A stretch of 64,000 nt of DNA, taken from the NCBI GenBank assembly GCA_025594325.1, contig JANHCV010000002.1:682001-746000 (forward strand). The letters are read 5' to 3'. A program made the position numbers and the translations under genes. The notes under the pieces were generated by a model. That model searched no databases and was not told where the DNA came from. It saw only the letters and a program-made list of their open reading frames with translations. The stretch is from Blastocladiella emersonii ATCC 22665 (taxonomy: Eukaryota > Fungi > Blastocladiomycota). Of this stretch, positions 8,950-21,628 are shown one piece after another. Positions within the stretch are counted from its first letter, which is position 1. Every line of letters starts with the position of its first letter.

Positions 8950-11399
8950 CAGGCATTGCACGCTCAGTGACAGATCACGATCCACCTCCTTCATCCCTCA
9001 ATACAATCTCATGTTCCAATTCGATGACTAGCTTTATTCAGGGTCGATTGATTGTGCGTGGCCGCCAGTCCACGATATCACGCAAGTGTACCTCGAACGG
9101 GACGTGCCGCCGACCCGCTCGTGGCGGCCACGAGTAGAGGCTCGGCTAATATTTGATTACCGCCCGATTCGATGCAGTTCAGGGCCGGACGGAAGTGCGC
9201 CCGATGGATGTATTGGAACGAAAGCGTGTACTTGAAATCGTCCAAGCGGTTCGTGGTCTCCGGATCTGTGAGAGCAATAACACGAGCGCCATCGACCTGA
9301 CGTACACCTTGTTGGTGATCAAACGGGTGTCGTGCTCAAAGTCGCCGATTCCTTACGGTCGAGCAACGTCGGTCGTAAGCATCGGCAAGCGGACGGCACA
9401 AGGACGGCGCGTGAACACCATGAACGCCGACTTGATGTCCTGCAGCATCAACCCTCACATTTCAAGCTGCGAAAGCAGCTTCTGGACCTGCGCGCCGAAT
9501 TTGGTCGTCGCTTTGGCGACGGATTGCTAGTCTTGCTGCAACGCAAATCAACTACGGCGAACCGTTCGTGTCAGGTAGGGTCCTCACGACTCGCGTCGGA
9601 CGCGTCAAGCAGATCGACGGGTCTCTCAGGAACGTGTCCGTGTACGTCTTGAGCCGCGCCGGTGAACTCGGACTGCTCAGAAGCTCATTCGGCGTCTCCA
9701 CACGGTCCGGGTCAGGACTGCCCACGGAGCGCCGGACGCGGGTGCCGCATCCGCTTCTTGACACCCGCCAACGCGCTCGCACTGTCCCTGCATGTAGATT
9801 GCATCGACTGACATGGTGGTCAATGTTACGGTTGGAAGGCAGTCATGGGGGAGGGTTGAGCGGGCCGGGTCGACATGAACGTGGCATTCCGTGTGGCGCA
9901 ACGCGTCGACCACAGCGTCGAGCGCAACGGCTGCGCATTCCTCCGACTGCGAAGAGCAAGGGGTGAGGAAGCCTCGAGAGAATCACCTGGTACTGATCGA
10001 ATTGTGAGGCGGCCGAGAGTGGTTGCTCAAGGACTCAAGGGCAAGCACGTCGGCGGACCCTTGGGCACGCTTCGTGGCTCCGCGCGAAGATCGCTCGCAC
10101 GGACAGCGCAGCAACGCGGATCCGAGAGGACAGAACAATGAGCGTTGTGCGCGCACCGGTCGACGATCCCTCATATCTTGACGCGTGAGCGGGAGGACGC
10201 GGCGGGCCGACGCGTCTGTCCCTCATGATTCACCCGTCTCACACCGCACGCGTGGGTTTGGATAACGAGCAAGATGTTCGAGCGCGCGTGAAGAAGTCGA
10301 AGAGGCATCGAGGTTGGATCAGGTCGGTGTCATGAAGCGGATGGAGTGCACTTGGCGCAACGGCCTCGCGGCACCGTGCACATCGACTCTCTCAGTCGAG
10401 ACCAACCATCGGCCGAGTTTCATCATCATCCGAGCGACGTGGTCGCCGCCGTGCGTCGAGCTTCATGGACCGGTCGAGGACACTCGTTGGAGCCATCGGC
10501 TCGCGCGGCTCAGCGACCTTACACGGACCCGCGGTGCACTGTCCATGGTCCGCGGGTGCGATTGCAGCATGTCTCTTCATGCGATTTCATGTCGTCTTCA
10601 TGGGAGGGGTGTGTGATCGCATCAGCGGAGGGCCAAGGTGAGCGGCCGCTGACAAGTCGGCGGCGGGCTAAGCCACCTCTAACGTCGCACGCCCGCGTCG
10701 CTCATCTCGGGCACCGCCCGGCGACCCGCTGCCCGGCTTTCGTCGTGGCATCCACGATCGACCTCAGTACGCCGCCTACCCGATCAGTCGTGCTAGCGTT
10801 CAGGGAGCGTGGATGCCTCGCGACCCGGCGGGCGTGAAAATCAAAGTGGGGGACATGCAGCGAACGCTCGAGCGCTCCGCACACACTCGCACCTCGCGCA
10901 CTTGTCGCTCGCGAACTCAACCGTGCGAGACGCACACGGACCAGCGCCAACCTAGCGCAACGGCTACTGGGGCGATGAATCATCATGACACCCCATCGCT
11001 GCTGCGGCGCGCGCCAGTCCGTCGCCCACTCTCAACGGGAACCGCTCGGTGGCTGGCGGCGCCGGTGCGTTCCAGTCAGTCGTTCGCCATGTATCCCACC
11101 TTGCACTGCCGGCAGTGCTGTGTGATCGCGGGCTAGCGCTCGGGCCAAGTCAGCTATAGTCGAACCGGTCCCCCGTGGCCCCCTCTCTCCTGCCCCTCGT
11201 TGAATGTATCGAGATCCGTGGACTACGACTGTTCACCCCCAAGACCTTCGCTACATATCAACGTAGCTGTACCTGTCAGTACAGCCAGATCCCGCTCGGA
11301 TCACTACCGCCGCCGCCGCCGCGCCATCGCCGCCGTTCCGTGTTCCGTTCCCGGACCGCCTCGCCCCCGGCCTCGTGCGCCTCATCGGCTGCTACCACC

Positions 11400-13740
11400 A
11401 TGTTCGCCACCATGGAGGACAAAGTCGTGTTCGAGTACCTGCTCGTGCACGTCTTCTTTTTCCTCATGGAGGCCGTCGCCGTTGTCCACTCGGCCATCGC
11501 GCCCCTGACCGTCGACGCGATCTGCTACTATGTACACCCGGTTGAGCTGCTCGCGACCGTCGTCGCGCATCTCGTCTTCGCGCTCCCCCGCGTGTGCCTC
11601 AAGCTGGCCTCGTTTGATCCTCTCGTCGGCACGCTTCGCGGCCTGGCTGCCGCCGCCCCGGTGTCTGACCTTTGCTCGGCCATGCTCGCGGGCTTTACTT
11701 CTCGCATTCACGGGCTTCACCACGGGCAGCAGTTCTTGTCGTCGTCGGCATCGGCCGGGCTCGCTCTCTTCTCGGGCGCTTCCTCGGCCATCGATCTGGC
11801 CTGCTTCCGCGCGGCCCGCGCTGGCGGTATCGATCTCGCCGACCTCGTGGCCTCGGCGCTCTGGTGCCCGGCCAGCCTCACGCGCTTCCTCGTCCGCGAG
11901 TCGCGTCTCGGCTCGCCGGTCCTCACGCACGCGTACCAAGCCATGCTCGACAAGTGTACCGGTGACGTTTCGTACTTTGTCGATGCGCACTTTGCCGCGG
12001 GCACCAACTTCTTCGCCCTGATGGACTCGGTCGGCTCGCCCGAGTGCATCACCGTGCGCTGCTACTTCTCGGTCAGCCTCCGCGACGCGACGCTCAGCAT
12101 GATCGTCGAGGCCTTCGTCCAGCCCGAGCACATCTACGCGGTCTCGACGTGCATCTACTTTTCCGTCTCGGTCCATTCGTCGTCGACCACTCGCGGCTAC
12201 TCGCCTACTCTCACGGCCTTCAACATGACGTGGGCCCTCCTCTTCCCCGAGTTCAAGGGCCATCCGACGCTTCCCATGACGTACCACCCGTGCGCCGACC
12301 TCGACCACCCCGACGGCGCCGAGACGACCAACGCGTTCTTCACGCCCGGGCTCGGCCGCGACCACCACGGCACGATGCCTATCCCCGGCCCAGTCGCTGA
12401 GGTCGAGCCCCACATCATGCCGCGATTCCTCGGCAAGCCCAAGCCCGACTATGAGTCGGTGTTCTGCTCGGCCTTTTCGCCGACGCTCGCGCGTTTCGAG
12501 CTGCTGCAGGACGAGTGCGAGTCCGACTCGTGCACGGACACGGAGTCGGCGGCCGACGACGACGAGGAGCTCGCCATGGACGGCGCAGACCTCGGCGCAG
12601 ACTTCTCGGCCATCGGCTGGACGGCCGCCGCCGACGATATCTCGGCCGCCGTGTGCCCGACTCGCGCCGCGACCACGAACGAGGTCGACCTCGCGACGCT
12701 CGACTGGGTCGCGCCCATCATCGAGCCCGCCGCCGTCGCGAGCAACTCGGTCGACTCGGCATCTACCACTTTTACTCTCGCTGCCTCGGACGCGGCCAGC
12801 ATCATCAAGCCCGTCGACTCGGGCACGGTCGTCGACGCCGCCGACGCGTGCGACCTCGGCGTCGCCCCACCGGTACTTCCAGGTCTCGACATGTCGCTCC
12901 TCGAGACGCCCAAGGACTGCGTTTCGGGCGACCACGACACGGTTCAGGTCGACGCGCCGCTCCAGCCGCCCACCGTCCCCACCGCGCCGTTTGCGCCGCT
13001 CCGGATCGGATCTACGAGCGAGCTCGACCTCACTGCCCTCATCAACACCTTCGACGCGCCGCTCCCCATCGCCGTTTCGGAGCGCGTCGCAGCCGCCGTG
13101 GCCCGCAACACGCTCGCCGAGACTCGGCCTATCGCGACTCATGGCGAGCCCCGCGCCATGATCGCGGGCATCGAGTCGTACGCCATCACGGGTGCCGCCG
13201 CGCAGGTCCAGACCGTGGCCACCGTCTTCGCCGCGAACGATGCGGCTCCCGCACCGGCTCTCGACCCGGCCCACCTCGTTCGTTCGTCGATGGTCGAGTT
13301 CGCGTCCACGCCCACGGCCAGCTCGTCCGCGCTTCCAGTCAACCCCGCCTCGCCCGCTCGCCCGTCCGACTTTCCCGCGCAGGCGCGGGCCTCGGACGAC
13401 GGCGCTTCGCCATCAGTTGCGGACACGAGCAGCGTTCGCTACTCGACTGGATCTCGCGCCAAGGTACGATCTTCTTCCTCATGCCCGTCCCTGTGTACTG
13501 ATGTGGCCCCCACTCCACGACGTGTAGAAATCGTCCTCGGCGCCCGTCCGCGCGCTCAAGGGCGTGCTCAACCTGCTCGGGTTCCGGTCGCGCGGCGTCA
13601 AGCACGGCGTGGTCCCGGAGGCCTCGTCGTCGTCCGAAGTGGTCAGTGTCAAGTCAAAGCACACGGCAGCCTCGTTCGTCAAGGTTTTTCGGTCCGGCCG
13701 CGAGAGCGACGTGGTGGTCATGCCCACGGGCCTCGCCTAG
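11400..13740 (+). CDS. Hypothetical protein, about 758 aa; join(11400..13463,13528..13740)
   Basis: Long ORF with strong GC3 bias from ATG 11400. A 64-nt intron GTACGA...CTGAT...GTGTAG (13464-13527) restores a GC-biased last exon ending TAG 13738-13740. Hydrophobic N-terminal region, acidic/Ala-rich middle; no family recognised. Confidence 0.6.
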
Positions 13741-14061
13741 AGCCAGGAACACGCGGCTTCGCGTGCTCTGATTTCTGACTATTGTTTCCGTTCGCTTCAT
13801 GAGAACGAACTTGTTCAGTACTTCTGATAGATTTTCTTTCAATTAAATTGATCCGATCCTGTATGCGAGCCGCCTTAGGGTCGAGCGCGCTGCGCCACCC
13901 ACGCGAACACGCGTTGCTCATGCGAGCTGCCGACCACGGCCTAGCTGCCCCTCACATAGTCGATGGATGTGCAAAAGTGCGGTCGTGGTATATGTGTTGT
14001 TGGATGCGGTGTGTGAATCAAGTACAGCTAGGTGGTGTGTGCAATCTCCTCTCCTTCTTCC

Positions 14062-16967
14062 TTACAGCGTGGCGGGCATCGGCGCCGCGGGCCCCATCCA
14101 CGCGGCGGCGACCGTCGCGGGCATCTTGACGGGGACCAGGGCGGCGGGTCCGTCGGGGCACTTGATCCCGGCGTCGCGGATCGCGTCGCGCAGGGCCCAC
14201 ATGAACCGTGACTTTCGGTCAGCGCGTTTCCCCATATCCTGCCAGTTGGACTTGTGGTCGATGGAGACGTTGGCGAAGAGGAGGCCGGCGTCGAGGTTGA
14301 TTTCCTTGACGGCGACGCGGAACCCCTCGGCGATGTAGTCGCGGGTGTTGGCCTCGAGGAAGGCGCGCATGCGTTGCTCGAGCTGGGCGATGGCGGCGGG
14401 CGGGGTGTCGACGGCCATGCGGATCTCGACGTCCTCGGACATGCCGCCGGACTGGCGGATGTTGTCGATGGGTTTCTTGGACAGGACCGAGTTCGGGTAG
14501 TGGACAATTTTCCCGTCGCCGCGCTGCAGGAGCGTGGTGAAGAGGGCGATGCCCTTGACGACGAACATCTCCTTGTCGACGGAGATGCGGTCGCCGACCG
14601 TGTACGACGAGTAGAGGAAGAGGAAGACGAGGGCGCCGAACAGGTCCGAGGCCGAGGAGGCCACGATGAAGGAAAAGGGGACCGCGACCGTGACCATGGA
14701 CGTGAAGTCGACCTTGACGCGGAACACGGCGAGCACGGCGAACAGCATGACGATGAGGGCGATCCCGGAGAACAGCCGCTCGAGAGAGCTGACGGCGCGC
14801 GCCGTGTCCTGCATCGAGTCCTCGAGGTTCTGCTTCTCGCGCATCAGCTCCGTCAGGATCGCCTTGACCTCGGTCTTGGACACGTCGCCGTTGACGTCGC
14901 GGTCGAAGAGGCGGAACGCGCGGCGGGCGTCGCCGCGCGACTCGAAATACGGCAGGAAATCGTCGAGGAACAGCTCGGTGCGGCCGGGCTGGACCAGCGA
15001 GTAGTAGAGCGTCTTGGCCATGAGGTGCGCCTCGGTCGACGTGAGCGGGATCGCCGTCGCGTTCTGCAGCGCCGACGGGTCGAGGAGCACGTTGCCGAGC
15101 TCGGTCGCGATCTCCTGCGCCTTGCGCGAGAAGATCTGGCGGAGCCGCGCGAGGCCCTTTTCCTTGAGCGTGCGCTGGCGGCGGAGGTTGCGCGATGCCG
15201 GGTCGTCCCCACCCGCGCCACCGCCCCCCGCGGAGACGGACTGGCGCTTGACGGCGGCCTGGAGGCGGCGCAGGACCTCGTTGGCGAAGCGCATGCGCTT
15301 GATGCGGGCCGAGAAGGCGGTGCGCTGGAACCGGGTGACGATGAGGGCGACGAGGAGGCGCTTGACGGTCCAGATGACGGAGCTGACGAGGATTGCGAGC
15401 AGCGAGATGGACACGTAGTCCCACCACATGGAGACATTGGGGTCGTCGTTGGTGATGTTGAATTTCTGCTGGAACTCGGTCTGCCACTTCCACTGGATGG
15501 CAATGTCGCGGGCGACGAGCAGGTTCCACAGCACGTTCGACAGCGCGGCCCAGGCCGCGATGGTCAGGTTGCGGTGCAGGGCGCGCAGCAGGCCAATGTA
15601 CTCGGCGAGCTTGTCCTCGTAGTAGGCGCCGAGGGCGAGGACCAGCGACCGCTGCAGCAGAACCGGGATCAGGGACAGCACGAATAGCGTGGCCCAGTGC
15701 AGCGTGTACGAGATCATGAGGTAGCCCGCCCACAGCAGCAGCGGCATGCCGCCGAGGTTGATGTTGGAGGTCCAGTCCTTGATCCAGCGCGGTTTCGAGA
15801 GGTAGTTGGCGTCGCTGAACATGATGTCGGGGATGCCGAGGATGGCGAAGATGACGGCGTTGCCGACAATGGCCGAGACCTATTCGAGGACGACGACGTG
15901 TCAGTGATCGCTCGCCTGATTCCATTGATCAAACGACGTACCAGACACTGGAGCCCAAACGGCAACGTCGCGTAAAACTCACGGACCCATCCGCAGACAC
16001 GGCGCTTCTTGCGCCCGTTGCCCGCGAGCTCGTCCTCCATATCCCCGCCGTCGCCCGTGGCGCCACCGTTCTCGTCCTTGCCGCCGCTGAGCTCCCAGTC
16101 AAACTCGTCGTCGCCGGCGATCTCGGCCTCGATGATCTCGTCCTCGTTGGCGGGGCGCATGCGCACGGTGCGGCGGGTGCGGGTCGAGGCACGCGTCTTG
16201 CGGCGGCGCAGCTCGACCTCGGGCGCGTCCGGGATGCTGTGGGCGACGCTGCGGCGCGACACGGCGCGCGAGACGCGTTTTCCGCCCTCGGGCGACTCAG
16301 CGTACTCGCCGGCGGCAGCGGGAGGGACGGCGGGAGCCGAAGTAGAAGAGGAAGCGGCCGTCATGAGGTCGGCGTGGTACATGGCGGGCGACGCGTTCGC
16401 CGACCCAGAGTTCTTCTCCTCGGCGATGCGGCCGAGCGACGCGGACGCGGTCACGGACGACGAGCTGACGGACGACACGGTCATGGGGCGCCACGCGGCG
16501 GGCCCGCGCAGCTGGTGCGGGTACCCGTGCTGCGGCTGCTGCGCGGGCGCGGCGAGGTTGAGGTGCGGGAGCGCGGCGGCGTCGACGGACGTGTACGAGG
16601 GCGCGGGCGATCCGAACAGCCACTGTTGCTGCTGCGGGGCGGGTGGCCCGTTGATGGTGGTCGAGGCGTCGCTGCCGATGGTGTCGACGGACCCGGACCG
16701 CGGCAGCGACGGGATGTTGAGCAGGGACATTTGCGGCGGCGAGGACGCAGCGGACGCGGACGCGGAGCCGCCGGGGCCCGGGTAGTAGGCGACGCCCGGG
16801 GCCGCGGGCAGCGAGTGCAGCTCGATGGCGGCCGCGCCGTCGGGGCGGCGCGCACCCGCGGTCGCGCTGGCGCTGGCGCTGGCGGAGCGGCCCTGCGCGG
16901 CCAGGGCGGGCGGATCGGGGCGCGGCAGCGGCGGGTAGGACCCGTGGTGGTGGTTTTGCGATTGCAT
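14062..16967 (-). CDS. MscS-family mechanosensitive channel with EF-hand (Msy1/Msy2-like); join(16967..15942,15879..14062)
   Basis: Several TM helices, an EF-hand (AFRLFDRDVNGDVSKTE), and an MscS core (FLFLYSSYTVGDRISVD...GKIVHYPNSVLSKKPIDNIRQS). A 62-nt intron (15880-15941; GTACGT donor, ACTGAC branch) joins two track ORFs in frame. Confidence 0.9.
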
Positions 16968-17705
16968 TGTGTGCGGTGTGTATGCGTTGCAGGATGCGGG
17001 GGGAGGAGAGGGAGAGAAGGTTACGATGGGAGGAGCAGTGTGGTCGGCCAGCCGTTTTCAAAGGCGGCCCGCTCTCTCGCTCAGCCTCATCTCAGCCAGC
17101 TTGGACGAGTGGCGCCGCGCGCGCGCGCCCCTGCTCCGCCTCGGCTCCGCTGCGAGACAAGCGAGCACGAAGCGGCCCGCAGCCCGCCCGCTTCGCTGCG
17201 TTCTTCGGCCCTCGCCCGCCTTCGACGGCGACGATGAGGATTCCTCCCACGGTGGCCGTCACCCGTGAGCTTGGCGATCGCTGCCCAGTGGTGGCGTCGC
17301 TGTGTGGTCCCTCGCCGCCGTCGCCGCGACGTCAGGGTCAGGGGCGCCGTCGCGGCCGAGCCCGAGTGGTGCGCGCGTCACATGCTGCGTTGCTGGCACC
17401 GCGCGCGTGCCGATCTCCAGGGACGGCCTCTCCGCTCGAGCGTGCAGCAAGTCGTGGGCGCTGCCCACTCCATGCAACGTCGTCGTGGTCGCGAGGCCGA
17501 TGAGAGCGGACGGGGGTTTCTGCGAGCGTTTCGGGCCGAGCGGGAGGTGACGCAGGCGGCTGGTCGTCGCCGACGCCGCCCGCTGATTTTCGCCCGCCCA
17601 GGGTGGCCCAGAGGGTGGCCCCACCGCCACACTGCCTCTCTCCCATCCCCTCTCTCCCCCGCACTTCAACAGCTGCTAGATCGTACACGCCACCCTCCCG
17701 AAAAC

Positions 17706-18254
17706 ATGAACTCGCGCGCCGCCCTCCTCGCCCTCGTCGCGCTCGTCGCCGTGCTCGCCTCGGCCGTCTCGGCCGCCTCCCCCGCCTCGCTCGCCAAGCG
17801 CCAGCTGATCCCCGACACGTGCACCGACGCGCTGGCCTTCACGGCGCCCAAGTCGGGCGAGACGTGGGCGACCGGGTCCAAGGTGACGGCGTCGTGGGGC
17901 AAGCCGCCGGGCGAGGGCTTCGACAACCTGTCGGTGCAGCTGATGCAGGTCAACAAGTCGGACCCCATGTCGTCGAACCGCATTATGAACAAGTCGCTCT
18001 TCACGCTCGCGGCCAGCCTCGATCCCAAGGCCACCTCGGCCACCGAGACGCTGTCGCAGGAGGTGCAGCCCGGCTCCGACTTTTACGTCCGCGTCATGTG
18101 GATGAAGAAGGGCGAGTCGGCCCCCATCTACTCGTGCTCGCCCTTCTTCTCCGTCGTCAAGGGCAAGGACACGAGCGCCGCCCCGGCCGCCATGGGCGGG
18201 ATCGCTTCGGCTGTTGCCGTCGCCGTGGCTGCCGCCGCTGCCAACCTCCTCTAG
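17706..18254 (+). CDS. Secreted GPI-anchored protein with Kre9/Knh1-type N-terminal (Ser/Thr-rich GPI family) domain, 182 aa
   Basis: Signal peptide MNSRAALLALVALVAVLASAVSA, Kex2 site LAKR-Q, FTAPKSGETWATGSKVTASW motif, and a C-terminal hydrophobic GPI signal (SAAPAAMGGIASAVAVAVAAAAANLL). Confidence 0.8.
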   Translation: MNSRAALLALVALVAVLASAVSAASPASLAKRQLIPDTCTDALAFTAPKSGETWATGSKVTASWGKPPGEGFDNLSVQLMQVNKSDPMSSNRIMNKSLFTLAASLDPKATSATETLSQEVQPGSDFYVRVMWMKKGESAPIYSCSPFFSVVKGKDTSAAPAAMGGIASAVAVAVAAAAANLL

Positions 18255-18706
18255 ACTTCGTTGGCCCCCCACCTCCAATGATGACGGTGATCTGTGTGTG
18301 TACAACATCTGGACAAATAGACGCTTCTCTCCATGATTTTCTCGCCTATTCTGCACCATCGGGGACATGCGCCGTGGCATCCGCATTGAACGTATGACGA
18401 CGCGTGAGGCGCGCTTTCCGCCACTGCTCGAGCCTTGGCTGCTTCGACCTCCGCCGCTCCTCACACTCCCGTTGCCCGGGCCTCACCGCAACCTCTGCAA
18501 CGCTCCAGCTCCCCGCAACGTATCAACGCCGTGCTCGCGGGTCTCGAGCTGGTGGCCGCATCCTCGTCCCGCCCCTTGACCCACACCGAGCCGCTGCTCT
18601 GTGAGCGCGCCCACACGCATTCACCACCCACCCACCACCTGCAAGAGCTGCGCTCTTCGACACTCCCGGCGAGTGCCTGCCTGCCTTACGATACCAACTG
18701 CCCACC

Positions 18707-21562
18707 ATGTCCGCGGGCGGCCCGCCGCAGTACGCGATACCGGCCGACGTGCGCGCCCTCATCGAGGACCGCACCTGGCTGCACGAGGACGCTGCCGTCG
18801 CACCGACCTACATTGTCGGCGTCGACTACGGAACGTGCGTGAGGCTCTGTGCTGCGCGTTGTGCGATTCGGCGGCTCATGCGTGCGCGTAACCGCGTAGA
18901 ACATTCACGGGCTTCGGCCTGCACGTCGTCGGCCGCGACCCGCCCGGCGCGCCCATCACCATCAAATGCTTTGACAATTGGTACCCGCTGCCGCTGCTGC
19001 ACTGCCACCATCGCAGCTCGCTCACATCCCCCAACCGTGTCTAGGGACTGCCAACCCCCGGGCCTCTTCTCGGCCAAGCTGCCGACCGTGTCGACGTACT
19101 CGCGGTCGGACCTATCGCTCGAGGCGTGGGGCTGGCGCGCCGCGACCGATTTCTCCGGGCGTGCGCACAAGGTGTCGCTGCCCAAGCTGGCGCTGCACCC
19201 GGACACGCCGGCGCACCGCCGCCCGCGGCTGCCCGAGGGCCTCAAGGTCGTCGACATCATCGCCGACTACCTGGCGAAACTGCTGGGCGTGATCCGGACG
19301 CTGGCGCCGGACCTGCGCCCCGACAACACCATCTGGTGCTTCACGATCCCCGTCAACTGGAAGGCCGACGCCATGGACGTGATGCGGCACGCCGCCTTCA
19401 AGGCGGGCATGACGGCCGCGCCGCAGACGCGCCAGCTGCGGTTCTGCGAGGAGCCCGAGGCCGCGGCACTCACGTGCATCGAGGAGAGCGCCGTCGACAT
19501 GGCGCCCGGGTCCACGTTCATTGTCGTCGACGCCGGCGGCGGCACCGTCGACCTGTTCCAGTGCACGGTCGGCGACGACCAGCACCTCGACGAGATTACG
19601 GTCGGCGACGGCGATTTCCTGGGCGCGAGCTTCGTCGACGCGCGCTTCTACGACTTTCTCCGCACGCATATCGGCGACGAGGCCTTCGAGGACCTCACGC
19701 TGTCGCCGTCACTGTCCAACACGTGGCGCGAGGTCGAGAGCCGGTGGGAGAACATGAAGCGCACGTACCGCGGGCCGCCGTCCGGCGGCTCGTCTGGAGC
19801 AGATACGCACGAGGCCATCACCTTCTCGCTGTCCCTGTACAAGGCGATCCCGGAAGAGTACCTGTCGGCGCTGCGCGAGCGGCAGGGCACCGACGACGAG
19901 CTGTGGATCACGCCCGCCGACATGCAGTCGTTCTTCGACCCGGTCGTCGACTCCATCCTCGCCATGGTCGTGCGCCAGCTGCAGGCCGCCGACCGGCCCG
20001 TCGACCACATCTTTTTCGTCGGCGGGTTCGGCAGCAACCGGTACCTCCAGCACCGCATCACGTCCGCGCCCGACGTCCGCGCGCGCGTCCGCCACGCGGG
20101 GACCGTCGCGCAGATCCGCCAGCCCGAGTCGGCCGTCCTCAAGGGCGCCGTCCGGTACGGCCGCGACCGCGCGCGGATTCGCACCCGGAAGGCGAAGCAC
20201 ACGCTCGCGCTGCTCGTGCACGTCAACGTCGCGGCGCTGGCGGCCGTCGAGCGCGACAAGAATATCGTGCGGCTCGGCAACGCGACGTACCTCGTGCTCG
20301 TCCGCAAGGGCGACACGGTCCAGTACGAGTCCCTCGTCACCCACCCGCACCTCGCGCTCGGTGACCACTCGACGACGGGCGTCGTCAAGATCTTTGAGAT
20401 CGACGGGCCCGAACCGCGTTTGATTGGCCGCATCACGGTCTCGGCGCCGCTCACGCCCGGCCAGAAACGACGCGTCACGCTGCTCGTCAACTTCGGCGAG
20501 CTCGAGCTCAAGATCCGCGCCGTCCACGAGATCACGGGCCAGGAGTGGTCCGCGTCCATCCAGTACGACGTGACCCAGGAGACCGCCGCCTCGGGGTCCG
20601 CGCCGCCTGTCGTCAAGACCCACTCGACGGGCAGCGCCCCGCGCCGCGGCACCGCGAACGCCGCTGTCGCGGACGCCGCCGCGCAGCAGCTCACGCGGTC
20701 CCTCGACCGACTCAGCATGTCGGGTGGGACTCCCGCGTCGCCGTACGGGTCGTACGCGCCGCCGCCCGCCTCGTCGTTCCAGAATGGCATGCCCCCGCCG
20801 TCCTCGGGCACTGCGACCCCGGCGTCCACGGGCTCTGCGTCCCCGCGCCAGCTCCCCGCCGCTGCGTCGGGCCCAACCGGGATCATCCCGCCCGCGCGAT
20901 CCGCGAGCGCCGGCGCCGTCGCTGCCGCGTGGTCCCGCGCCGCTGCGGCGGCGGCGGCGCCCCCGCTCGCGCCACCTCCAGGATCGCCTGGCACCAACGC
21001 GCGCGGCGGAAGCGGCGCGGGCGGGTACGCGATCCCGCCGCGGAACCCGGCCGCCGTCCAGCTCCCGCTCGGCACCAGCCCACAACAGCACCCGCAGGCG
21101 TGGCCCATGGGCATGGGCGGAATGGGGATCGCGCGCGCCGGGTCGCCGCGGCTCGTCGCGCAGGTGCCGTCGTACGAGTACCCGTCGTACGCGTCGGGAA
21201 GCGGCGGGGGTGGGTCGAACGGGCGGGTGTCCGGGTACTACGGGATGCAGCAGCAGCAGCCGCCACCATCACAACAGCACTACGGCGGAGGTGGGCAGCC
21301 GCAGTACCACCAGCGCACGGTCTCGACGCACGCGACGGGGAACGGTGGGGGCGGCGGGCCGCCGACGTGGTACCCGGCACACCACCAGAGCGCGTCCGCG
21401 ACGGCCGCGGGCTACGGGCAGTACCACCACCATCCCGGGTACTCGCCGCCGCAGGGGCCGCCGACCACGCAGCAGCAGCAGCAGCATCAGGCGCAGTACT
21501 ACCAGCAGCAGCAGCAGCAGCAGCAGGGCGGCGGGCAGGGGTACCATCAAGGGTACCGGTGA
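18707..21562 (+). CDS. HSPA12-like atypical Hsp70 (actin-like ATPase) with a long Q/G/Y/P-rich C-terminal tail; join(18707..18834,18900..18980,19045..21562)
   Basis: Removing introns 18835-18899 and 18981-19044 gives GVDYGTTFTGFG (phosphate-1 motif). Also EEPEAAAL, IVVDAGGGTVDL, LGASFVD, FFVGGFGSNRYL and PESAVLKGAV. Confidence 0.85.
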   Translation: MSAGGPPQYAIPADVRALIEDRTWLHEDAAVAPTYIVGVDYGTCVRLCAARCAIRRLMRARNRVEHSRASACTSSAATRPARPSPSNALTIGTRCRCCTATIAARSHPPTVSRDCQPPGLFSAKLPTVSTYSRSDLSLEAWGWRAATDFSGRAHKVSLPKLALHPDTPAHRRPRLPEGLKVVDIIADYLAKLLGVIRTLAPDLRPDNTIWCFTIPVNWKADAMDVMRHAAFKAGMTAAPQTRQLRFCEEPEAAALTCIEESAVDMAPGSTFIVVDAGGGTVDLFQCTVGDDQHLDEITVGDGDFLGASFVDARFYDFLRTHIGDEAFEDLTLSPSLSNTWREVESRWENMKRTYRGPPSGGSSGADTHEAITFSLSLYKAIPEEYLSALRERQGTDDELWITPADMQSFFDPVVDSILAMVVRQLQAADRPVDHIFFVGGFGSNRYLQHRITSAPDVRARVRHAGTVAQIRQPESAVLKGAVRYGRDRARIRTRKAKHTLALLVHVNVAALAAVERDKNIVRLGNATYLVLVRKGDTVQYESLVTHPHLALGDHSTTGVVKIFEIDGPEPRLIGRITVSAPLTPGQKRRVTLLVNFGELELKIRAVHEITGQEWSASIQYDVTQETAASGSAPPVVKTHSTGSAPRRGTANAAVADAAAQQLTRSLDRLSMSGGTPASPYGSYAPPPASSFQNGMPPPSSGTATPASTGSASPRQLPAAASGPTGIIPPARSASAGAVAAAWSRAAAAAAAPPLAPPPGSPGTNARGGSGAGGYAIPPRNPAAVQLPLGTSPQQHPQAWPMGMGGMGIARAGSPRLVAQVPSYEYPSYASGSGGGGSNGRVSGYYGMQQQQPPPSQQHYGGGGQPQYHQRTVSTHATGNGGGGGPPTWYPAHHQSASATAAGYGQYHHHPGYSPPQGPPTTQQQQQHQAQYYQQQQQQQQGGGQGYHQGYR

Positions 21563-21628
21563 TCCCGCGCTCGTCGCTGCGAGTGTCCCTCCCTCTCTCT
21601 CTATAGGATAAACATACATGTTACGCTC

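Noticed and set aside
9100-11150. Possible small spliced gene on the minus strand around 9130-9800, and short ORFs up to 11136
   Set aside because: Donor- and branch-like sites exist, but I could not build a consistent reading frame and recognised no motif. It is left as intergenic or degraded sequence.
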